Part shown: piece after piece, positions 46,526-54,023 of the stretch
Layout: each line of letters opens with the position of its first letter
How positions within the stretch are numbered: the first letter of the stretch is position 1
The notes under the pieces: model-generated
What the model saw: the letters and a program-made list of their open reading frames with translations, nothing else
Told to the model about the DNA's origin: nothing
Databases searched by the model: none
Translations under genes and position numbers: made by a program
Source: Gammaproteobacteria bacterium
GTDB taxonomy: Bacteria; Pseudomonadota; Gammaproteobacteria; Steroidobacterales; Rariloculaceae
NCBI GenBank assembly: GCA_036555065.1
Contig: DATBLZ010000161.1
Span: forward strand, 10,531 to 74,530
DNA: 64,000 nt
Direction of reading: 5' to 3'

Positions 46526-46583
46526 GCGCGTCTCGCCTCGTTGGATCCGACGAGCCAGTCTAATCGTCGCGTCGCACGCCCGT

Positions 46584-46661
46584 CCTAAGTAGAAATACGA
46601 AGGGTCCACAGAACCCATGCCCCTTAGTCTTTAACGATGATGCAGCGCTTAACCTCGGCTG
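46584..46661 (+). repeat. Copy A of a roughly 78-nt imperfect direct repeat (nei / THUMP divergent intergenic region)
   Basis: cctaaGTAGAAATACGAA-[22-nt GC hairpin-prone core]-CTTAGTCTTtaaCGATGAtgcagcgcttaACCTCGGCTG. Compare with 50696-50774. Confidence 0.7.
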
Positions 46662-46690
46662 GGGCGGAACGCGCTCTTAGGGTGAATCGC

Positions 46691-47242
46691 ATGACTGAAT
46701 CCCCCTTCGACTGGAACGTCGTGGTTACGGTCTACGACGGCGAGTTCAACGAAGCCGTCCGGTTGCTCCGGCCCTACGGCGAAGTCGCGCGGACCGACTA
46801 CTGGAACGTGCTCGCAATGCGGGTCGAAGACGTTGCCGAATTCGTCCAGGCTCTTGAAAGCGCCACACGAGAGGACGCCACGATTCCCAATGCGGTCGCG
46901 AGAATCGTCCCGGTCACGGCCAAGTTCCGGTTTCAGTCGCCCGCGGAGTTCGAGGAGAAGACGCGCGCGCTCGTCGAACGATGGCTATCCGACCTCAAAG
47001 GCAAGAGCTTCCACGTGCGAATGCACCGAAGAGGTTTCAAGGGTCGATTATCGAGCCAGCACGAAGAGCAGTTCCTCGATCATCATTTGCTCGAGCGCTT
47101 GACACAGGAAGGCGGCCCGGGCCGAATCGATTTCGCCGATCCCGACGTGATCATCGCCGTCGAGACGCTTGGACAAACCGCGGGCTTGTCGCTCTGGACG
47201 CGCGAGCAGCGTCAATCGTTCGAGCTGCTCGATCTCGACTGA
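46691..47242 (+). CDS. Stand-alone THUMP-domain protein (putative RNA binding)
   Basis: From the ATG at 46691: MTESPFDWNVVVTV... is a ferredoxin-like N-terminal domain. FHVRMHRRGFKGRLSSQHEEQFL...IDFADPDVIIAVETLGQTAGLSLW follows the THUMP pattern. The 18 upstream codons in the track lie inside repeat copy A. Confidence 0.65.
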   Translation: MTESPFDWNVVVTVYDGEFNEAVRLLRPYGEVARTDYWNVLAMRVEDVAEFVQALESATREDATIPNAVARIVPVTAKFRFQSPAEFEEKTRALVERWLSDLKGKSFHVRMHRRGFKGRLSSQHEEQFLDHHLLERLTQEGGPGRIDFADPDVIIAVETLGQTAGLSLWTREQRQSFELLDLD

Positions 47243-47268
47243 CGACGCGCTATTGGCGTTTCCCGACC

Positions 47269-47994
47269 ATGCCCAGCGCAGCGATCCACATTGGGACATC
47301 GGGCTGGTCATACGAGCACCGGAAAGGAACCTTTTACCCGGAAGATCTCGGGAGCCGGGACATGCTCGGCCACTACGCCCAGCGTTTGCGCTCCGTCGAG
47401 ATCAACAGTTCCTTTTACCGGCTGCCGGACCGGGCGACCTTCGAGCATTGGCGAGATGCCGTGCCTGACGGATTCGTGTTCAGCACGAAGGCGAGCCGCT
47501 ACATCACGCACATGAAGAAGCTCAAGAACCCGACGGCGAGCGTTCGCCGGTTCTTCACGCGCGTCGGCGCGCTGGGCCACACGCTGGGACCGATTCTCTT
47601 CCAATTGCCGCCGCGCCGGTCCTTCCACGAGCGCCGGCTCGTCGACTTCCTCGATCATCTGCCTGCGAAATATCGCTATGCCTTCGAATTCAGGGACCCG
47701 ACTTGGCTCAATGATCGCGCGTTTGCAGCGCTCAGGCGGCACAACGCGGCTTTGTGCATCTACGATCTCGCCGGCTTCAGGTCGCCCCTCGAGATCACAG
47801 CCGGTTTCGTCTACCTGCGTCTTCACGGCCCCGGCACGGCCTACGCGTGCCGCTACGAAACGCATGCGCTGGCGCGCTGGGCCAAGCGGATCTCGACCTG
47901 GTCTGAATCCGGCCGCACCGTGTACTGCTATTTCGACAACGATGAGCGCGGCTATGCAGTGGACAACGCATTGTGCCTAAGAGCGATGCTATGA
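47269..47994 (+). CDS. DUF72 (YecE/UPF0759) family protein
   Basis: From the ATG at 47269: IHIGTSGWSYEHRKGTFYP...VEINSSFYRLP...FVFSTKASRYITH...ILFQLPP...YCYFDND. Confidence 0.85.
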   Translation: MPSAAIHIGTSGWSYEHRKGTFYPEDLGSRDMLGHYAQRLRSVEINSSFYRLPDRATFEHWRDAVPDGFVFSTKASRYITHMKKLKNPTASVRRFFTRVGALGHTLGPILFQLPPRRSFHERRLVDFLDHLPAKYRYAFEFRDPTWLNDRAFAALRRHNAALCIYDLAGFRSPLEITAGFVYLRLHGPGTAYACRYETHALARWAKRISTWSESGRTVYCYFDNDERGYAVDNALCLRAML

Positions 47995-48103
47995 CGTCCG
48001 CGAGAGCGGGCGACGTAAACGCCGATCGCTCGAGTCCGTACTATATAAGGAGTGGACCGTCTCACGCGCGTGTGGAGTCCATCATCGACGGGCAAGGCGT
48101 GGG

Positions 48104-48457
48104 TCAAAACACCAGAACCCTATCTGCGGCGAGCGTTTCGGCCGCGAGCATATCCATCGTGCTTCGCTTTGCGCCGTCGATGACGTCCTCCTCGCCGATG
48201 CCGCGTGCCTCCATGCATATCCCGCACAACAACACCTGCGCCTTCTCAATCATCAAACGTTTCAACATGTGCTCCATGTTGTAGTAGCCGGCCGGTGTCT
48301 TCTGTCCCTTGCGCGCGGCGACGACGGCATCGGCCATGAGGAACACGACGACTTGCGCGGGCGGATCGCTTGCCGCCAATGCTTGCGCGAGTCGCAGGGC
48401 GTTGTAGCAGCGCTCCGTGCCATATGGCGGGTCGTTAAGAATGAGCAGAGCTTTCAT
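48104..48457 (-). CDS. DsrE/DsrF-like sulfur-relay family protein
   Basis: MKALLILNDPPYGTERCYNALRLA...VLLCGICMEARG. The ATG at 48457 lies 9 nt after AGGAG. The track start is a TTG two codons upstream. Confidence 0.7.
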   Translation of the reverse strand: MKALLILNDPPYGTERCYNALRLAQALAASDPPAQVVVFLMADAVVAARKGQKTPAGYYNMEHMLKRLMIEKAQVLLCGICMEARGIGEEDVIDGAKRSTMDMLAAETLAADRVLVF

Positions 48458-48925
48458 CGACAAGAACTCCTGTGTTTTCCCAGAAGCTACATCGTGCGCC
48501 GACCGCGCCCCTTCGCCCCAGACCTTGGAAACAACGGCCTCAGCGTGGGAAGATCGGCGGCGGGCCCCCGGCGGTCAATACGTAGCTGCCGCGGCGCTGC
48601 CAATCGGGTACGGGTAAACCGCTATCGCCCCTTGCGCGCCTCGGTGCCAGCGTTGAGACACGTTGCTGACCGCGGATCTCGGGGTGTGGTGCACCGCTTG
48701 AGCGCATGAAACTTCACGCGCCGCGCGCGCACCGTATAGAGGCGGCATCATCGATCTCGCACAGCGCAGCAATCGGGTTCACGTATGGAAGAGATGTTCA
48801 TTTGGAAATTGACAGGAAACGACGGAATATCGCGGTGGCGCAAATCGTCGAACGGAGCCGCCACGACAGGAATAGGCCACTCGAGGTCCTCGAGCCCTCG
48901 CAGCCGGCGATGCTAACCACGGATG

Positions 48926-49525
48926 CTACTGCCGAGCACCGACTGGCAGTAACGCGAGCGGGCTCTCGCTCGGCGGCAGCTCGAGCACGTCTCGCACGCG
49001 CTCGTCCTTGAATGCCCCGATGATCACCGTGCCGAGACCGAGGGACTGCGCCTCGAGATAGATGTTCTGGGCGGCATGACCCACCTCCATATGGACGTAG
49101 CGGTCGCCACGAGAGCCGTACTTCGCTGAGGTTCGCCCGTAAACGGCAACAACAACGAGGATGGCCGGGGCCCCCGTCACCGCACTTTGTCCGAGCGCGG
49201 CTCCGCCAAGCGCCCGGCGCCGATCACCGGAGCAATGAAGCCGAAGCCGATGGCCGCGGGGGTCGTATCGGTAGACGCCGGGCGCGACCTGCTCCACGCT
49301 TCCCGCGACCAGATAGAGCTCGAGCGGATAGAGCCCGCCGGCTGACGGGGCCGTTCGTTCGCCCGTCGACGCCGTCAGACCTTGTGCGGCCCAGAGTAGC
49401 TGGCCTACGGATGCAAGCGAGAGCGACGCGGCGCGGAATTCGCGCACAGAGCGCCTCTCACGCAGACTCGCCTCGACGGAGCACGCGCTCCGGAACTTCG
49501 GCTTGGGCAAGAGGGTGTCTGTCAT
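48926..49525 (-). CDS. SagB-type dehydrogenase / nitroreductase family protein
   Basis: From the ATG at 49525: RERRSVREF...LGQLLWAAQG...PSAGGLYPLELYLV...VHMEVGHAAQNIYLEAQSLGLGTVIIGAF. Confidence 0.75.
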   Translation of the reverse strand: MTDTLLPKPKFRSACSVEASLRERRSVREFRAASLSLASVGQLLWAAQGLTASTGERTAPSAGGLYPLELYLVAGSVEQVAPGVYRYDPRGHRLRLHCSGDRRRALGGAALGQSAVTGAPAILVVVAVYGRTSAKYGSRGDRYVHMEVGHAAQNIYLEAQSLGLGTVIIGAFKDERVRDVLELPPSESPLALLPVGARQ

Positions 49526-49621
49526 GTCTTTGACTCGCGTGCTCTGTTCACAGGGCGCTCTGCTCAGTGCCACTCTTTTCGAGATACGTCTAAAGCGCCT
49601 TGGTTGGCCTCAGACGTCCCG

Positions 49622-50647
49622 TCACTCTTGCCGCACTGCGACCCTCCATGCTCCGGCGCCGCCGGCCGGGCGGCACTCGATCGCGAGCGGCAGGAATTGC
49701 CGAACGACTTCGATATTCGTCAGCGTATGGCGGCTCGGCGGCATAGTCATGAAGCTGCCGGCGCCGGCAAGCGCGAACGGCAGCAGCAACTGATCGGCCA
49801 GATGAACACCGATGGCAACGCCGGCGCTCAGATAGGCCTTGGCGGCGTCAACGACGGCCTGGGCCACGCTCTCCGCGGGCACGCCGCGACGGCCGAAGGC
49901 CGTGAAGGCCTCAGTGAGCGCCTCGCTGATAACGAACGCGCTCACGGCGTTCCCCGGCCCCAGGGTGTCCTGCACGAGGCGAATGCGCACCGACGCGGGC
50001 CCGAAACCGAGCCCCTGCGCGAGCACCGCCGCTTCGCGCTCGGCGATGTGGCGTGGCAGCTTGCTGAGCAGGACTTCCGCCTCGAGACGCTGCAGCGGGC
50101 CGCGCATCTCAAGATGGAGCGCCTCGAGCCGTGCCGCTGGCGCGACGCGCACGCGCACGCGGCCGCCGCCCGCTGGCTCGAAGCCGATACGCTCGAGCTC
50201 GATCGAGATCCGCGGACCCATGCGTTCGATGAGCGGCAGGTAAGCCCGCGCCAGGAAGTCGAACGTCGGCGCGCGCGGATTGTGCGTTCCGCCCTCGAGC
50301 AAGAGCTCCGAGCCCGCCCTCGCCGTCAAGAGCGCCGGAAGCACGGTTTGCAGCACCAGGCTCGTGCTGCCGGCCGTACCGATCGCAAAGCGATAGCTGC
50401 CGGGCTTGATGTCACCGGGAACGAACGTGAGGTCCTGCCCGTTTAGCGCGGCACCACGAACTTCGGCGCCGGAGACCTCAGCCGCCGCTCGGACGGCCGC
50501 GAGATGCTGGGGCCGAAGCCCGGGCCTCGGCCGCCGCGCCCGGATGTTGACGATGCGGCAGGGGCGCCGTTCACACAGCGCCAACGCGACGGCCGTGCGC
50601 AGGATTTGCCCGCCGCCTTCACCGGTCGAACCGTCGATCGTGATCAT
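49622..50647 (-). CDS. rtcA: RNA 3'-terminal phosphate cyclase
   Basis: 341 aa. MITIDGSTGEGGGQILRTAVALALCERRPCRIVNIRARRPRPGLRPQHL...LADQLLLPFALA matches the RtcA family, including the adenylylated-His region. Confidence 0.9.
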   Translation of the reverse strand: MITIDGSTGEGGGQILRTAVALALCERRPCRIVNIRARRPRPGLRPQHLAAVRAAAEVSGAEVRGAALNGQDLTFVPGDIKPGSYRFAIGTAGSTSLVLQTVLPALLTARAGSELLLEGGTHNPRAPTFDFLARAYLPLIERMGPRISIELERIGFEPAGGGRVRVRVAPAARLEALHLEMRGPLQRLEAEVLLSKLPRHIAEREAAVLAQGLGFGPASVRIRLVQDTLGPGNAVSAFVISEALTEAFTAFGRRGVPAESVAQAVVDAAKAYLSAGVAIGVHLADQLLLPFALAGAGSFMTMPPSRHTLTNIEVVRQFLPLAIECRPAGGAGAWRVAVRQE

Positions 50648-50695
50648 CGTTCAATCAACAGACCCGCAAGTGTATTCGTCGAGCCGCTCGCGGTG

Positions 50696-50774
50696 TCTAG
50701 GTAGAAATACGAACGGCCCACGGGGGCCGCGCGGCTTAGTCTTCAAACGATGAGTCTCAGCATTACCTCGGCTG
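50696..50774 (+). repeat. Copy B of the roughly 78-nt imperfect direct repeat (rtcA / PEBP divergent intergenic region; includes the first 8 PEBP codons)
   Basis: tctagGTAGAAATACGAA-[22-nt GC core]-CTTAGTCTTcaaaCGATGAgtctcagcattACCTCGGCTG. Confidence 0.7.
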
Positions 50775-51226
50775 CGTTTGGCGATAACGGAGAGATTCCG
50801 GCCATTCATACCTGCGAGGGGGAGAATGCGTCGCCACCATTGAGCTTTTCGGGCGTGCCCGAGAACGTCGCGAGCCTGGCGCTGATTGTCGACGATCCGG
50901 ATGCGCCGGACCCGCGCGCGCCGAAAACGACGTGGGTGCACTGGATTCTTTACGACATTCCTCCCGATTGCCCAGGCCTGCCGGAGGCGGTCGCGACGAG
51001 CGCGCTGCCGAAAGGATCGAGACAAGGCAAGAACGATTGGCGCCGTACCGACTACGGCGGGCCTTGTCCGCCGATCGGCCGGCATCGATACTTCCACAAG
51101 CTTTATGCGCTCGACGTACGATTGGGCGATCTCAAGACGCCAAGCAAGGCCACGCTCGAACGTGCGATGGATGGCCACGTGGTCGCGAAGGCCGCGCTGA
51201 TCGGCACCTACGAGAAGCACGGGTAG
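50750..51226 (+). CDS. YbhB/YbcL family PEBP (Raf kinase inhibitor-like) protein
   Basis: MSLSITSAAFGDNGEIPAIHTCEGENASPPLSFSGVP...LIVDDPDAP...WVHWILYDIP...YGGPCPPIGRHRYFHKLYALD. Confidence 0.88.
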   Translation: MSLSITSAAFGDNGEIPAIHTCEGENASPPLSFSGVPENVASLALIVDDPDAPDPRAPKTTWVHWILYDIPPDCPGLPEAVATSALPKGSRQGKNDWRRTDYGGPCPPIGRHRYFHKLYALDVRLGDLKTPSKATLERAMDGHVVAKAALIGTYEKHG

Positions 51227-51252
51227 CGCTCCGTGCTCCGCGGCTGGCACCC

Positions 51253-53175
51253 ATGCATGAAGACCGCGTCCTCGCAAAGCTCGAAGGGCACAGCCGCATC
51301 CTGCTGACGGGCGCGATCGGCGCCGGGAAGTCGACGCTCGCGGCTCTGCTCGGTGCGGCCCTCAATCGGGAGAGTCGCGCGTGCGCGTGCGTCGGCTGCG
51401 ATCCGGGCTCGCCGGCCTTCGGTGTCCCGGGTGCCGTGTGCCTCGCCGGGTGGCGGGACGGGGCGTGGGCGCTCGTGGATTTCGAGCCCTTGTGCAGTCT
51501 AGACGCGGCGCGCTTTCGCTTGCCGCTGATCCAGTGCGTGGCACGTCTACTGGAGCGCACGGCCTACGAGCGCGTGCTGTTCGATGGTCCCGGGGTCGTT
51601 CGCGGCGTCGCCGGAGCCGAGCTCCTTGCCGGGCTCGTCGCAGCCGCGCGGATCGACGTCGTCCTCGCACTCGAGCGTTCCGGCCGCGTCGGCGAGCTCG
51701 ATGCCGAGCTCGCCGCGCTCGCGGTACCCGTGCACCGTGTTCCGGCCGCCGCCGAGGCGCACGCGCCGAGCAAGCGGGTCCGGGCACGCCGGCGAACGTC
51801 ACTCTGGGACGCGCATCTCAGTGGCGCTGACGAATATCGCATCGATCTGCGAAGCCTGTCGTGCGTCGGCACGCCCCCGCCACACGACGCGGCGGACGCA
51901 TGGGCTGGGCGCCAAGTAGCGCTCTTGCGTGACCAGAAATGCGTGGCGTTCGGCGAGGCTGCAAGCGTCGAGGGAAAGACGTTGAGAGCGCGGCTGCGCG
52001 GCGCTCCGTCCAGCGCGAGCGCGCTCCTCGTGCGTGATGCGCAGCGCGGCGTGCATGGCCTGCTCGAGACCGCGCGTCCGTTTGCCGCCGACGTCACCGA
52101 CCTATCAGCCAGGCGGAATGCGCATCCGCCGAGCGCCGGGTTCGGCCCGCGCCCTGCCGCGAAAGTCGGACCGTTCACCGCCGCGCTCATCAACGGCGTC
52201 TTTGGCGATCCCCTGCTGCTCGTGCGGCTGCGCCATGGACGGCGCTGTCTGCTGTTCGATCTGGGCGAGGCCGGACGCCTGCCCGCGCGGACCGCGCATG
52301 CGGTGACCGACGTCTTCATCAGCCACGCCCACATCGATCACATCGCGGGTTTCATGTGGTTTCTTCGCTCGCGAATCGGCGAGTTTCCACCATGTCGCGT
52401 CTACGGCCCCTCGGGTCTGGCGAATAACGTTGCGGGCATGATCGCGGGCGTCCATTGGGACCGCGTGGGCGAGCGCCGTCCGCGTTTCGAGGTCATGGAG
52501 CTGCACGGCGAGCACATTCTGCGCTTCGCCGTTTCCGCCGGCTGCGGCGCCCCGCGAGGTCTCGGGGAAGAAAGCGCGCCCGGTGGGATCCTGCTTGTCG
52601 ACTCGCTTTTCCAGGTTCGCGCAACCGTGCTCGATCACCGCACGCCGGTCCTGGCCTACGCGCTCGACCCGAGCACCGAGATCAAGGTGCGCAAGGACCG
52701 CCTCGCCGCGTCGGGCTTGCGACCCGGCCCTTGGCTCACGGAGCTCAAGCAAGCCATCGTCGAGCGCGAGGACGATGCGCTCCTCGAGCTGCCCGACGGC
52801 AGCACGAGGCGTGCCCAGGCGCTCGCCGACGAGCTCGTGATGGTCCGCCCCGGCGAGAGGCTCGCCTATGCCACCGACCTCGCCGATACGGCCGCGAACC
52901 GCGAGCGCCTGAGCGCGCTCGCCCGCGGCGCGCATACGTTCTTTTGCGAGGCGACTTTTTGCGAGTCCGACGCCGCGCGGGCCGCGCGCACGGGCCATCT
53001 TACGGCGCGCGCCTGCGGCGAGATCGCCACCGCGGCCGGCGTCGAGCGCCTGATCCCGTTCCATTTCTCGCGGCGCTACGAATCCAGTCCCGCGCGGGTC
53101 TACCGCGAAGTGCGCGCAGCCTGCTCGCGAGCGGTCGTGCCCCGCGGGATATCGGGCCTCGACGATGTCGGATGA
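51253..53175 (+). CDS. Fusion protein: N-terminal Clp1/Grc3/Nol9-like polynucleotide 5'-kinase and C-terminal RNase Z-like metallo-beta-lactamase
   Basis: 640 aa from the ATG at 51253, 26 nt after the PEBP stop. N-terminal half: Walker A LLTGAIGAGKSTL, CDPGSPAFGVPG (compare Clp1/Grc3 D-x-D-x-GQ) and VLFDGPGVVRGVAGAELLAGLVAAARIDVVLAL (compare Clp1 NTxGWVxGxG...VV.L). C-terminal half from about aa 305: DVFISHAHIDHIAGF (HxHxDH), LRPGPWLTELKQ and a terminal HFSRRY. Confidence 0.75.
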   Translation: MHEDRVLAKLEGHSRILLTGAIGAGKSTLAALLGAALNRESRACACVGCDPGSPAFGVPGAVCLAGWRDGAWALVDFEPLCSLDAARFRLPLIQCVARLLERTAYERVLFDGPGVVRGVAGAELLAGLVAAARIDVVLALERSGRVGELDAELAALAVPVHRVPAAAEAHAPSKRVRARRRTSLWDAHLSGADEYRIDLRSLSCVGTPPPHDAADAWAGRQVALLRDQKCVAFGEAASVEGKTLRARLRGAPSSASALLVRDAQRGVHGLLETARPFAADVTDLSARRNAHPPSAGFGPRPAAKVGPFTAALINGVFGDPLLLVRLRHGRRCLLFDLGEAGRLPARTAHAVTDVFISHAHIDHIAGFMWFLRSRIGEFPPCRVYGPSGLANNVAGMIAGVHWDRVGERRPRFEVMELHGEHILRFAVSAGCGAPRGLGEESAPGGILLVDSLFQVRATVLDHRTPVLAYALDPSTEIKVRKDRLAASGLRPGPWLTELKQAIVEREDDALLELPDGSTRRAQALADELVMVRPGERLAYATDLADTAANRERLSALARGAHTFFCEATFCESDAARAARTGHLTARACGEIATAAGVERLIPFHFSRRYESSPARVYREVRAACSRAVVPRGISGLDDVG

Positions 53176-53310
53176 ACCATGCGTGGAGCTGGTCGAATGG
53201 AGGCTGCCAGCCCTCGAGCTCCGCTGAGCCGGCTTTCGGCGCGCGCATTCATCGGGGCTGAAGCTCTTGACGAGCTTCTTGTGCGCGATGCGCCCATCGT
53301 TGAACGGTCT

Positions 53311-53578
53311 TCAACAAGGCAATGAGTGCAGCTTCTTCATGACTTCGCGGAGAAACGTTGGAAGATCGCGAAGCACGCCGGCGCTGATCAGGATCTGCGG
53401 ACCGTGACAGATCGCGAACACGGGCTTTTTCGCCCGGAAGAAGGCACGCACGACCCCCAGCACGGCCGGGGAATTGGAGGAGCGATTGGGGCGCTTGGCC
53501 GCCTGGGAGCAGCAGCCCGCCATGCTTGCCCGTAATGCGGCCCGGCCCGAGCGAGGCGATGTCCACGCCGATGCCTTC
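53311..53578 (-). pseudogene. DJ-1/PfpI family gene remnant
   Basis: KKPVFAICHGPQILISAGVL (nucleophile elbow) and DLPTFLREVMKKL (family C-terminus) share one frame, but the roughly 45 aa normally between them are missing. The upstream ITGKHG / LLLPGG block lies in a different frame. Confidence 0.5.
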
Positions 53579-53612
53579 TGCGGATTCACGTGCGCATCCA
53601 TCTCGGGATCGG

Positions 53613-54006
53613 CTACCGCAGCACCTTCGCCATGCCGTCGCGTGCGATCTCGACGTCGACGCCCCATTCCTCGCCGAGGCGAGAAACTCTCGCGCGGACG
53701 GTACGCTCGTCGGCCGCGACGATGCCCATGCCGCAGTGCGTGACCATCATGGGGGGAACGCCCTCTTCCCGGCACCACTTCAGTTGCTCGCCAATCGTCG
53801 TATGACCGGCGCGCGTGCCAGTGGCTTTCTCGGTGTGAACGATCGGCCGGAATGACGCCGCCCCGTCGCCGACATAAAGCCGAGCGCCCCGCAGCGCTGC
53901 GTGCCTCTCCGGGATAGAAAGAACGTCCGGCACCCAGAACACAATGACCGTTGTGGCCGTGATGCGGTAGCCGACCGCAGCGCGTGCCCAGAAACGTGAT
54001 CTTCAT
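53613..54006 (-). pseudogene. MBL-fold hydrolase gene remnant (internal deletion plus frameshift)
   Basis: The ATG at 54006 gives MKITFLGTR, a typical family N-terminus. About 10 codons later the homologous frame jumps by 1 nt straight to ...GYRITATTVIVFWVPDVLSIPERHAALRGARLYVGDGAA...HTTIGEQLKWCREEGVPPMMVTHCG...EIARDGM, the family's C-terminal half. The HxHxDH region is absent. Confidence 0.6.
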
Positions 54007-54023
54007 GGCGGTTGCGGCGACCC

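Noticed and set aside
45137-46600. An intact prophage or integrative element at tRNA-Leu.
   Set aside because: No integrase, excisionase or phage gene follows the tRNA. By eye I could not find a downstream direct repeat of the tRNA 3' end. Only a short AT-rich scar and a gene fragment remain.
48104-49525. SagB-type dehydrogenase plus neighbours as a thiazole/oxazole-modified microcin (TOMM) cluster.
   Set aside because: There is no YcaO cyclodehydratase, no docking protein and no plausible Cys/Ser/Thr-rich precursor ORF nearby. The protein is more simply a nitroreductase-family enzyme.
50648-50749. A sigma54 promoter upstream of rtcA, by analogy with E. coli rtcBA and RtcR.
   Set aside because: On the minus strand the repeat contains TGGGCCG-TTCG-TATTT (copy A: TGGACCC-TTCG-TATTT). 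The -24 GG is present, but the -12 GC of TGGCAC-N5-TTGC is missing. No RtcR-like activator gene is in the window.
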